A stretch of DNA of 64,000 nucleotides from Lepidodermella squamata. Lineage: Eukaryota > Animalia > Gastrotricha. The notes under the pieces were generated by a model. That model was given only the letters and a program-made list of their open reading frames with translations. It was not told the origin of the DNA and searched no databases. A program made the translations under genes and the position numbers. Below, in pieces: positions 36,721 to 49,038 of this stretch. Numbering within the stretch: the first letter of the stretch is position 1; every line of letters starts with the position of its first letter. The stretch spans positions 2,604,001-2,668,000 of the forward strand of contig JBLDXI010000017.1 of NCBI GenBank assembly GCA_047495785.1, written 5' to 3'.

Positions 36721-37354
36721 TCAAGCGACGGGACCGCTGGAAACGCCACTCGCGTTGCGGCTGCCGACAGCCACGGAGCGTGAAAAAATGCAGGTGATGA
36801 AGTGCATCAGACCAGCAGCCAAGCCAATTGCCTATGATGACAAATCTTTAAAATAGATGAACTAAAAAACGGACTATAAATTTACCGCCGCCGCGCACAG
36901 CTCGGAATAACATGTTGCAACAGCCAAAAGGTAGATCGAAGCGCCAGCATAAGCCAGCGTAAAAATCGAGTCGAAAATCGTGTCCTGAGCCAAACAGTTG
37001 ATTCAGTAAATCAAATCAATGATTAAAAACTTACGACAATCCTGTAACGATAGCCGAAGGAATAGTTATAATCGACGAGGTTGAGAGCAGTCAAGATGAC
37101 GGTGACGGCAAGCGCAGAGGCTGCAACAATAATAGCTATATCTTCGGATCGCTCCATGTGATCTTTGTTGCAGGAAATGTTGTGTTTGTTGTAGGAACGG
37201 CTGTTGGTCGCAGCCAGTGACAGAACGACCACGGCAAATATCTGCTCAAAATTTCAAAGTTAAGAAAAGTAAGCTGAAGTAGGTCAAGACCAACGATTTG
37301 AAGGAGCCGGAGGAATCCGTAAGACGTCATTAGCCAATCGGTGTTGAGGGCCAT
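36721..37354 (-). CDS. MARVEL/CMTM-like four-TM protein, copy 1 (4 exons)
   Basis: MALNTDWLMTSYGFLRLLQI|IFAVVVLSLAA...|DTIFDSIFTLAYAGASIYL...ELCAAA|AIGLAAGLMHFI. The W/L..G.LRL start and four hydrophobic helices are typical of MARVEL. Confidence 0.7.
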
Positions 37355-37900
37355 TTTTAGGTTAGATTCGTTTAAAGCTGAAAGTCTTGTTGAAAACTAA
37401 AGCTGTTTGCAATGGAATGATGATGAATGGCAGTCCACCAACTATAACAAAACTTGATGAATAATTGCTAATTGTTACGCGTCTGAACGGCCATTTTTGT
37501 TGCGTAACATAAGATGCGTCTCGCTTATTTTTTAAAAGCTCAATACGCAATCATCACTACGACCAGTGTTATGCGCAATGTTATTTTTTTGTTTTGCTTG
37601 TGATGAATTAGTTCCAATGATTTCCTATTCTAATGAAGTATTTTGCCATATATGGATGTTGCGCTGGAATCATTCACATCGGGGTTTTCAATGCCAACCC
37701 GGTGATACTATAGCCGATGAGAGAAAAATTACGAAAATAGTGACGAGTTGCATTCTGAATGTTTATTTTCGTTAGCAAGTTATTTTTGCCAACATTCAGC
37801 TATGCTTTCGCAAGCGTGACATCAAAAGCATAATTAAACGAGGTATAATTTTTCGCCGTTGTTCAACTTCCTTTCACGTAAACCGCAAGAGCCGGACTGT

Positions 37901-38503
37901 CTAATTTTTCGAACGGATTACGATATGGACGATGTGGACGATCGCAGCCAGCAGACCGAATGCCTAAAACCAACCACTTTCGAATAGAAATGTAACAGAT
38001 AAAAATAGTTATACCATTGAGGCCGTGAGTTCCTGCCAACAAGTTCCCTTTGCTAGTATTACAGCACTGGATATCAGGAACGCCAATGCCATTATCGCGT
38101 CATAAATTCGATCCTTTTTTACAGGAGGTCGTTGAAAATTAGTTATAGATGGCAGAGTGAGGACAACTTACGATCATTTTCCAGTTTGTTTCGGTCGTAA
38201 TGGAGGCGCTAACGCCAAGGAGGAAAATTACAACGAAAGCAATGCCGAAAGCCAGACCAATCGAACCCATTGCGATCTGAAAATCTCTTCCACCCTGAGC
38301 GACATACCCATCGCAACCTATCGCGCTGTAAGTTCGCGTTTGCTGACAAGCGGCCAAGGCTAATGCTAGAATGGATAGAACCTTAAAATTAAGTGGGGTG
38401 GTTTGATAGATTTAAATTAATTGCGCACGTTTCGTCATGTGCTTACGATTAAAACCAATCGGCAAATTCCCGACATCGATGTTAACCAAGCAGTGTCCGC
38501 CAT
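37901..38503 (-). CDS. MARVEL/CMTM-like four-TM protein, copy 2
   Basis: MADTAWLTSMSGICRLVLI|VLSILALALAA...WKMI|DRIYDAIMALAFLISSAV...TCWQELTASM|AFGLLAAIVHI, with the same intron positions as copy 1. Confidence 0.7.
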
Positions 38504-39129
38504 CTATAATAAATATCCCCTATAATACTTTTAACGATACCAACTGTGAATCATCATTTTCAACGAAGGTGCCGCTATAGCGGAAAATTTATATATAAAC
38601 CCGAAAAAAACCATAGCCGTGAAGCAAGGACAAGATTAGGCTAATTTTTCGATAGAAACGTGTCTAATAATTGGAAGAATATATACGGGTAATCTAACAA
38701 AAAATGCTTATTCATGACATATCTGTCCGATGTCTGATGTGATTATGGCGATTATTATAGCTGTGAAAATATGTCGCTGATAACTTTTATTGTTCCGCTT
38801 TTATTGTTCTGCTATTAGTTTCTTTGGAATTCATACAACCACCCACCAAAGCGATTACTGGGCACGCGATAAGTCGAAGTGCTTCTAGCGATGCCTGACC
38901 GATAAGGCCATTTTTGCGGGACGGGGGCGTGAAATTAGGTGAAATTAGCACTTGCTAAGCGCAAGTTGTTGTATTTTATTCTTTGATTTTTATATAGATT
39001 AGCTAGAATTTTTCCTACTAAAAGCATAACATAAACGCGACAATTTAGTACAAAAAATATTATTCCGCTGCTGCCGCTTCGAAGTTCAGAGGCTTTCAAG
39101 GTCATGGAGATTGTCATCAGATCTGGCGT

Positions 39130-39742
39130 TTATGAGCTGATTGCCGGCGAGCGATATCTCAGAAATAAATGGATTGCATGTAAGATGGCTGCGATCAGAC
39201 CAAATGTCTAGAAATTCACAGAAATTACGCATGTGAGTTGGCAATAATAAGTCTAATACCAGCGATGCGCACACTTCGTTTATGCAAGTTCCAACTGCAA
39301 TCATGAAGATGAAGGCGATGAGGTAGCCGATTGTCATCGAGCCGTCAAAGACCAAGTCCTAACATTCAAAATTGTATTGAAATAATTTAATTTTAAAACA
39401 GTGATTATTTCATTACGATTATGCGCCAAATTGGATCCGCCGCAATGGATGCGTTGAGCGTGAGTGCGAATATGACGACCAAGAAAAATCCGATGATGAG
39501 CGCGATCGAACCCATGGCGATCATGAAGTTACAAGCATGGCCGATTTGCCACGCATCGCACGTGAATCCCGATCTATTGTAGTGCCTAGGGTTTGCAGCT
39601 AGAGCCAAGGCTAAAATGGCTAAAAGCTGAACGAAAATATTATTATCAAATTCGAATCGACGAAATTCGGGATTCTTACAATTAAAACTAGACGGATTAT
39701 GCCTGTCCTGGAGAGAAGCCAAGATGGGTTGAATTGCGCCAT
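39130..39742 (-). CDS. MARVEL/CMTM-like four-TM protein, copy 3
   Basis: MAQFNPSWLLSRTGIIRLVLI|LLAILALALAA...WRII|DLVFDGSMTIGYLIAF...TCINEVCASL|TFGLIAAILHAI, with the same exon structure. Confidence 0.7.
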
Positions 39743-42356
39743 TTTTTAGGCAATATAATCAGATCTTATCTTGTAAAATAAAACCCAAAATCTAAAATGA
39801 TAACATGTCATGAATATTATTATTGGAATGCTAATATGGCACAGGTGCGAGACATTCCAGTACGCTTACCCGAAAGAATGATAAAGAGATGAGTCGCGTA
39901 CAATATGCGGAAAGGGCGTAGGTGTGCCTCACGCTGTACTGCATCGTTTTGTTAATCTCGCTTTCGGCGTCCAACGCAAAAAGTAACACTACGGTGATAG
40001 CAGGTCTTATCTTAACGTCAAAAATCGAATTATTGCTGCAATAAACTGGACATGCTTTAAGACACTTGGGGGTGACACAGCGTCGAGTGGAATAATAATT
40101 GCGATAAAAAATCTGCTTGGTACGTTTCTCAAACCTAACACAATATAATGAAGATAGGTAACACAGAAAAAGAGAAGGTCCAACACCTCCGTCACGCGTC
40201 GTAAAAAATGTGCTGTGCAAACAATGTGCAATCGCATATGCATGCCCCTCATCCGGTTAAGGAGGTTAGCACTGGCGATGGAATGTTTCAGGAAAATACA
40301 CGGATATACCCTTGAACAGTGACTGGGCCTGAATGCAAATGAATTGCTTATTCAAAGGTTACATTTTTTACGTATTCTGAAGCTGTAATTGATGACAGTG
40401 ATGAGTCAGCAAAGCGTTTGACACATAATCTTTACACATATGCCAGGTCTACGTCGAAGAAGAGGCTACCTCGGACCATTGCATCCACGTTTCCCCAAAG
40501 AAAGGCGGGAAACGAATGCATGAACGAATCAAATAAATTAGGGGAATTTTTCGCTCATGATTTTCGCTAGAACAAAATTGGTATTTCGCTAAAATATATG
40601 TGTGAATGAGGACTTCAAATCAAGCTTTGTCATCATATCATGGAAATAGATTTGCTGTCACCGAAAATGCTGGCCACTGGGCGCCAAATAGTTTGCCGAC
40701 TTGGCTGAAATTTCCGGTGTGAAGTGTGACATTTTCCTGCATTAATTTGTACTTCCTGCAATACCTGAGGCGGCTGCGATTTATACCAGTTCGATGAATA
40801 TTTGGCACTGATTTTTATCATTTTTAATATAAAACGTACCTGCAGCCACAAGGAATGATAATATTTACCTTACATTTTATTTTTCGAGTTAATTATATGA
40901 CACAAAAATTGAGGCAATGATGCGCTCAGGTAGTAATTAACTACCCATATATAACAAGTCGTTATCGCGCCGAGTGAATCTAAGTACGCCGGCACGAGCT
41001 GGCCAGATGAAGATAACACACGAGCGGCAAAAAAGCCATTGACCAATGCAGGCGAAGGCATCGCCATAGGTAGTATCTCTTTTCGCCTGGCGCAAAAAGT
41101 CGAGCGTTTTTTTATTATACAATTTTCGACTCGCGTGAAAAACAATAATCGCTACAGAGCGTAAATAGACAAGTAATAAACATACGAAAAGTGTATGACA
41201 AAATGTAAAACAATAATGATAATTATATGTTTTTATAATATGATGATGTACGAAGAACACTGGACTTGCGATGGTGCGAGCGAGTGAGCGCGAGTGAGTG
41301 AAGGCTCGTGATTTTTTCTGCTCTCATTAAATACATTATTGGCCTGTTGAAAACAAAACGCTCATTAAGGTTTGCTACGCGATCCGCAAGTATAAAGCGA
41401 TTCAAATAATATTTCCATTGTTGTTGTTACGAAAATCACCACCGCAGTCCAGTTTTTACCTGGTTCTGCGCTGTGCTTCTCCATAACATAGTAACTAGTC
41501 GTTGAATAAATCGCAATTCTACTACATTAAATTACGCGGTTTTGTAGTAAGTCTACGCGCTACACATTACACGCCTCTCAGTTATAGCCTAATTCGCTTT
41601 ACTTTCTTTAGCAATAATATGTTTTATAGGTAGCTAATGTTATATTCGAAATATATAGCTGGGAGCTGGCAAAAAATGAAGCGTAATGAGCCTACTCTGC
41701 TAGTGGACGCGCTTACTTTTTGCTTACGTTTTTTTATTGGCCTCAAACACCTTGGTATAAAATGCCCTGCGAGTCCGTTTGCAGAGAAACCATTAGGATT
41801 ATCTTAACGAAAACGAATCGCCCTGGGGCAAATTTGTTTAGCCCGGTCAATTTGATTTCAACATCTGCCATGTAAACATCCGCAAAAAATCGCCTCTCCT
41901 TAGCCCCAAGAAGCGAAATGAACGCCGGCGATAAACTGCCCCTAGGCTAGCACTTGTGTGATTCCGGCTGCTATTATTTTTCGCAAAACTCAACCACACC
42001 GTCGCTAAATAGTTATCGTTAAATTTCCCCGGCCATTATTTAGTCTTTCTCTCGGAATCCGATATGTTAGCGGGAGATTTCATTGCAATGCGGCAAAAGT
42101 TCAAACTCACTATCGGTTAAGTGCAAAATTAGTTTCAACTGGTCATAGGATGCACGCGCTCTTGCTACTTGCGGGCATTAATTAAGTTTTTGCATATTGT
42201 TTCAACCTGTCATTGCAATGATTAATGCTATAGGAAGCGAAATTGCTCTCAAATACAGAAAAAAATTGATGGACCTGATATAGTATATGTCAGAGGTCAA
42301 TTTTTTTAATTTGACTTTTATTTTTCCTATAGCATATTTACACACATGAAGCCGAA

Positions 42357-45300
42357 ATGAAGAGGCTTGTGTCGAGATTTGCTGGGGTGATAGCGATAGC
42401 AGTGTTCTCCCTCAACTATTCGATAGTCCACGCAGGTGTTCCCCTCGATGATTTCTTCCCCTTCGGCCCTGAATACGGCGACGAAGTTCTGCCGCCAATG
42501 ACGGACGGCAGCAGCGGCCCGGTGTCGTTAAGAGTGCCATTTCCTTTCTTCGACCGCCTCGAGACGACTATCATCGTCGACGTGCATGGCACGCTGTTGT
42601 TCGAACGCGCTCAATCGCATCACACGCCGGACTGCGCGCCGCTCGAAAACTTCGGCCGCATGATCGCCGTATTTTGGGCCGACTCGGTCACGCACAACAA
42701 CGCCGGCGGATCCGTCATGTACCGGCAAGACTCGAGCCTAAAAATGTTGCGGAAGGCAAACCAGCAAATAGCGGAGAAATACCCGGAGATGCGGGCTATT
42801 CGCCTGAAATATCTCTTCATCGCTACGTGGTTGAATGTCACTTTCTACGGCGTGGAGGGCTGCCAGCCTAATCCAGAGTTTTATCCAAGAAACACATTTC
42901 AAGCTGTACTAGCGACTGATGGAACGGCCTCATTCGCTATTCTTTACTACAACTCAGTCATTTGGACAACGTCGAGATTTCGAACGAGCGCTGGAAATTG
43001 TTCCGGCTTAGGTGAGCCTCAATATTAAATTTTAATCAGGTATTTTAGGCGGATTTTATGTTAATTTTAAGGCGGAATGCCGGCCAGGGTTGGTTTCGAT
43101 CCGGGTGATCGGCGAAATTTTCATTCACTCGCCGAGTCGTGCACCGACCTTATTGTCGACGTGGATAAGATGACTAATGTAGGCGCACCTGGCCGATGGG
43201 TGTTTCGCATCGATCGCGGGAGCAATGTGAAAATGGAACACACTGATCAACCGGTGTGTACTGCGACTAACGATACAGCAAAACTGCGAATAATGCCGAG
43301 TTTTGTCGACGTTTTCGGAGGTCCTGTTGTTTTGCAGGGATCAACTTGCCTCGGCAGTAATGACTACTCGGCAACATGCATCTTCCATGACCCTCGAAAA
43401 GGTGCTTTAAAGGTAGTCGGCAGCATCGTTAAGACGTCGCCTCGATTTGAAATTCGATGCATAGCTCCATTTTTTCATGACACGGGACGTGTGAAAATCG
43501 ATGTGAAAATTACTGGTCCGGAGCAAATTCAACTTCAGGCTTTGCTTTCTGTTGTCAAAAAGACCCCCGAGGTCGAGGCGAAATTGATAAAGAACGGTGA
43601 ATTGCTAGAGGTAGAGTGGGACATCAACGCCGATGCTGTCATCAACGCAACTATGGTCGATATTGAAATGTTGAGACATGAAAACGGGACTTGGCGAAAA
43701 GCTGATATGTTGGCGAACAATGTGCCAAATATCGGGCATTACGAACAGCGACAATCGAATCTAGATTTCCTGCCAGACGATGGCCTCGTCGTTTTTTCGA
43801 TTGTCAAATCACTCGATGAATCTTTAAGGCGGCGATCGAAACGAGGCATTAATGACAAGAACATTGACAATCGGTTGGAGGTGAACGAAAACGAGCAAAT
43901 ACCTGACGCTGAGCGGCATGATGCGACGTTCGATGAAGTTTTCCTCGAGTCGCAGGTATCAAATTATTTGACGAAAATCAGCGCGAAATCAGCTCAGGAA
44001 AAGCGGGAAGCTTGCTTAAGGTGGCATGCCTATGACGATGGAGTGCCAGCCAAGGTCCTACCCGCCTGTCCCCCGACTGTTGCTAGGTAAGTTCGTGCGA
44101 ACATAAATTTCATTCAATTAAATTCTGCCTAATTAAGGGCGAGGCTGGACCCGGAGTTCGAACAAGATCCTTGCGCGTATTTTCTAGCTCGAGAGCATTG
44201 TTTAGCCAAGTACCACCCTGGTGCTGTTGATGCCTATTTATCGAGCGTCCCCCATGCCGAGGGCTACGGCCAGCATTGCACATACGGGCGGAATGGAAAT
44301 TTGCTCATTGGACCACCGAGCGGTGGAACAGCCGATATGTCTAGTCCGTGGGGATTTTTCGGCGAGACGCTTCATATCGAACAAGACATCGTGCCTTGGG
44401 TCGCCTGTTGCAGCGAAGCAGAAAAGGACCTTTGCGCTTTGTACTACGAAAAACGGCCATCAGACGACGGAGCCGACTACGTTGACCCTGTCGCAAGTTT
44501 CGCCGTTGGTGATCCTCACCTGGCGACTTTTGACGGCTTGGAATACACCTTCAACGGCATCGGCGAGTTTTGGCTTGTTAAACCGAGGGCTAATCAAAAT
44601 TTAACAAATTTCAAAATGCAAGCACGAATGGAGGTTTTCAATCCGCCTGTTGCTGGCGATGATAATTCTACGTTTGGAATTGTCGGATCCGTTTTCACCG
44701 GTTTCTCCATGCGTGACGGCAACGGTCCGGTAGTGCAAGTTCAGCTAGCTTCCACGAGTGATGAACGCATTCTCAACATTTTAGTAGACAAGGAATCTCT
44801 GAGCTTTGATGATGAACGATTATGGTCTCAGCGGTTTGAAGGCGTAACAATACGAGCGGCAAACAGCGATATATCCGATGTCACAGTCTCATTTTCAAGC
44901 GGGTTCACTTTCAGATTTTTGGCTACAACTGAAGCAATTTCGTTGTTCTCAAAGGCAAAACAACGACTGCAGGGTAAAATTGTCGGATTGCTAGGAAATT
45001 TCGACGGTAAGCCGAATAACGACCTGGAGTTGCCAAATGGCACTAGTTTGGATCCTAGAACTGCCACCCTTCGCCGCGTTCACTTCGACTTCGGGATGAA
45101 GTGGCTTGTTGACTCTAATGAGACCCAGTTTCACTACATTGGCGAGGAAAGTTACGACGGATTCGCACGGCCTGATTTCGTGCCAATGTTCAAAATTGCG
45201 GCTGAAATCGCCGATCAGCTACCGCCTGCAGTTCGAGAGATGTGCGGGGCTTCAACCGCCTGCGCTTATGATTTCGTTGCAAGTGGCGGAAATCTCGCCC

Positions 45301-46130
45301 TCGCCAACCATACGGCTAAAGCTGAAGCAGCATTTCGGAAAGCTTCGACTGCAAACAATTCGCCGGTTATTATGTGCCCTCATATTGAGTTCAACGGCTA
45401 CATGACTACGTCGAATGGCTCCAGCTTTTTTGATGGGGTGACGCTTCATTTCGAATGCGATGACGAACTCGGCTTTAATCTTACTGGACCCTCTGAAATA
45501 ACATGCTTGAACGGGTCTTGGTCAGATCAACCCCCGCGTTGTGATGGTCCGACACAATGCGAGACTTTCAGATACCCTCTTGAGCATGGCTCTATCAGTT
45601 GGCTATCGAGGACTCACCTATCGTTCTCATGCAATGATGGGTATAAACTCGTCGGGGCTAATTCAACTTTTTGCATTAATGGCTCCTGGTCGAATAAAGC
45701 TCCTATTTGTCGTCAAATAGCCGTGAAAACTACTACTACTACTACTACCACCACCAGGATCATCTCTAAATCTATTACGACCACGACTGTTATTCCATCA
45801 ACAACGAAAGTTCAAGCTGGTGATAACGTTACTCTCGCCGCGTCTATCTTGACAGTAAGGAAAGTGGTTGGGAGCAGCGATGAAGAGCAGCCGGCTAACT
45901 ATTTCATGGTACTTGCGGTGACCGCAACAGTTTTCGGGGCGATTCTATTCACAGCAGTGGTGGTGTTCTTCACTCGGCGGAGCAGGTACCACCAATCTTT
46001 GTTGGTTCGATCTTTCCCAGGCACCAGCATTTCTAGTAACACCGCTTATCACCATCAGCTATTAACCGACGACGGCGTTGTGAACAATCAAAAAATCGGT
46101 GACCATAAAATAACACAGCCTTTACTTTGA
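42357..46130 (+). CDS. SUSD2/Mesh/MUC4-like type I membrane protein (NIDO-IPT-AMOP-VWD-2xSushi-TM), 3 exons
   Basis: Signal peptide; NIDO (FFPFG, IAVFWAD, NTFQAVLATDG, PGRWVFRID); AMOP (LPACPPT, GQHC.Y, C.LYYEKRPS); GDPH-VWD (GLLGNFDG); two CCP modules; Thr-rich stalk; TM. Confidence 0.9.
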
Positions 46131-46441
46131 ATTAGATTATTTATACCCGAAATAATGAATCTGAATTTGACTTGAGATCCGGCTTCCTGGATGCCGGTTA
46201 TGTCTTGGAAGAAACAATCATTACCAAGGAATACCGCATGAGTATTGGTTTATTTTGGCATTTTCAAGTGCCATCGAATGCATGTTTCCGAGCCAACCTC
46301 CTTAATAATTTTGTAATATATCTCTACGATTGCCAGCCCTTTAATCGAAATACCTATTGCGAGCGTGTTTCTGCGATACTAATGCTGTTATTTGTGTTTT
46401 CTCAGGAGAATAAAACTGTGGATCGTAAACTCTCTTATTTA

Positions 46442-47184
46442 GGGTAATGTGCCCTAATGTGTCATAATTTCGCTTACTTTTTTCGCGGCCCGATATCTAC
46501 TCACCGGATGGGTCCTGGTCCGATTTTTTTTGACAGGGACCTCACTTCAGGTCTTGGCTTCAATAATCCGTCGACAAAATTTGACCCGAAAGCGTATTGT
46601 GTGCGTGGCAGCAGGTGGTGTTGCGCAAGAGACCGGTTTTTAAATCAAGGTAAATCAAGGTCGGCGGATTCGATTATCGTGGTCAGGAGGCCCGAATGTT
46701 GCTCGTATGGGCGGCTGCCTCAAGCCAAAAAAGTGCCAAATTTCAATTTTTTTCAAAATTTCAGTCTCGTTTTTTTTGGTCATTGGTGTTTATTTAGCGA
46801 CGGTTGAAAGTATAGATCATTTTAGATGGCTCTATGACGATTTTGGGATGATAAAACGAGACTGAAATTTTGAAAAAAATTGAAATTTGGCACTTTTTTG
46901 GCTTGAGGCAGCCGCCCATACGAGCAACATTCGGGCCTCCTGACCACGATAATCGAATCCGCCGACCTTGATTTACCTTGATTTAAAAACCGGTCTCTTG
47001 CGCAACACCACCTGCTGCCACGCACACAATACGCTTTCGGGTCAAATTTTGTCGACGGATTATTGAAGCCAAGACCTGAAGTGAGGTCCCTGTCAAAAAA
47101 AATCGGACCAGGACCCATCCGGTGAGTAGATATCGGGCCGCGAAAAAAGTAAGCGAAATTATGACACATTAGGGCACATTACCC
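46442..47184. mobile_element. Foldback/MITE with ~332-bp TIRs, 79-bp spacer and flanking TA
   Basis: 46442-46773 is the reverse complement of 46853-47184. The ORF track gives the same >100-residue translation from both arms. TA occurs at 46440-41 and 47185-86. Confidence 0.93.
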
Positions 47185-47392
47185 TATAACTCGGGTACCT
47201 TCTTGGATTTTAATTAAACGCGAGCACGTGCGCCTCACATGTTTTGAAGGCGTGGTGCCTTGGACACCCAGAAGTCTTTTGGCGCCGCAATAAAGGTGGC
47301 GACCTCAATAAATAGGGCTTGTCACCATTTCGGGCCATACTATTTTCAGACCACATTAACCTGAACACAAGTAGACTTCGCTCATAAAATCA

Positions 47393-48378
47393 ATGTTTCG
47401 ATTATCCTTGTGCCTGGCGCTGGCGATCTACGCTGTTTGTCTATCAGCCGTTGAGCATGATGACGAAGAAGAGCATACCGTATGAGCCTCTTCTCATGAC
47501 GAACTTCGCTAATTTGATTTTGTTCTAGGAATTTGGTCAGGCTTTCCAAACAACAATAGGACCCTTAGCAAGAAGTAAGCCCAGTTTACTCGTAAAGCCC
47601 ACTCATCTAATTATTGTGCAGCTCAGAGATTTTGTGGGCATATACCCAAGGTTGAAAACGGCATTATCAACCCCGGCAAAAATATTGTTGGCGCCACCAG
47701 AACAGTGAAATGCGACGCAACGTTCATGATTAATGGTCCGAACCTGGTTGTATGCACTGAGAAGGGCTGGACGAAGCCCGGCGAATGTCTCCCGGTCTCG
47801 AAACGTTTCTACCTGATCAAAGACGCTGTCACGTGGTACGATGCCGTTGTTCGATGCGCCTCAGCCGGCGCCAGGCTCGCTATGCCTCGAACAGCGACTG
47901 ACAACGCTATCATCATTACGATCATGCGCCAACAAAGTTTGACAATTATTTTCCTAGAATTCACGATTTATTTGGCTGTGCTTTTCAGAACAGCTGATGG
48001 CTTGGATTGGATTGAATCGTGTAGGCCCAAATTCGGATAGATGGCAGTGGATTGATGGCAAATTTTACGATGAGGCATTTTCCGGTTGGCTGCCAGATGA
48101 GCCCAACGACCCAGAGTTTGAACGATGCGCTCTTATGAGACTTACCGTTGGAGTGAGTTCATAACAATTTTTTATTTTGGCTGAATTTAACAATTTTTTT
48201 TGCACAGCACCACCACGAATCGCGGAAGTCGCTGATGGTTGGCTGGAACGACTACTCGTGTGCGCTCAACCGAACAGTGATGGTTGTTGATTACAAAGAG
48301 CGTGTTCTCGACATTGGCGCGGTTTGCGAGCGAGAGGCTGCTAAGCGACCGATAAATCGTGCAGAGGGCGATTCTTAA
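47393..48378 (+). CDS. Secreted Sushi(CCP) + C-type lectin protein (5 exons)
   Basis: Signal peptide, CCP (CGHIPKVENG...C...GW....EC), and a CTLD with TWYDA..RC, LA.P, WIGL, W.W.DG, EPN, WND and CE. Confidence 0.85.
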
Positions 48379-49038
48379 GACTAGCAACTTCTGTGCAGTA
48401 AAACTCCTATATTGAAATTCTTCATAATTGTTGGAAATTTATTGCTTTTATACGCCTAAATAAATAGATACAAGTCATTTTTCAATATTCTCTGCCTTCA
48501 ATGTTAACGACTCCGCTTTTGACATTCAATTACGGGATTTCAGCAGCTGTTTCCCCATCAAAAGAGCTACTTTGTATCATCAAAGAGGATTTATTGAAAA
48601 ACTGAAATGGGTTTAGCGAAGTCGTAACTTTCTTCCCAGTGAGCCGATTCAGGAGAAATTTTCTCTACCGCTAGACAAACGGATGCTTGTACCTCCTTAA
48701 TCAAGTAACAAAAAAACAGTTTGATCGCATGTGCATAGCAACGTTTCATTTTATTATAATCACCTAATTCATGAATAAATTTCACTTCGTGTTTAAAGTG
48801 CCGAGGCACAACGACTAAATGAGCTCGAGACACACCGGAAAAGAGCCAGGCGAAAGCACAACACCGGAGTCCGATGGCATGATATTGCATCACATCATAA
48901 ACTAATCGAATTAACAGCGCGATACGCGCACATCAGATAAAAAAGCGCAATCTGCATAATTAGAGACGAGACGCATACTGAAACGTCTTTTTCGCGACCA
49001 CGTCCAGTCCTGAATATGAGAACGGTTCAATCTGGTCC

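Noticed and set aside
39831-42300. Short ORFs between the MARVEL-like cluster and the SUSD2-like gene
   Set aside because: No motifs or consistent exon chain. The region is likely regulatory or UTR sequence.
46457-47169. Two near-identical ~115-aa ORFs on opposite strands
   Set aside because: They are by-products of the foldback arms and have no protein features.
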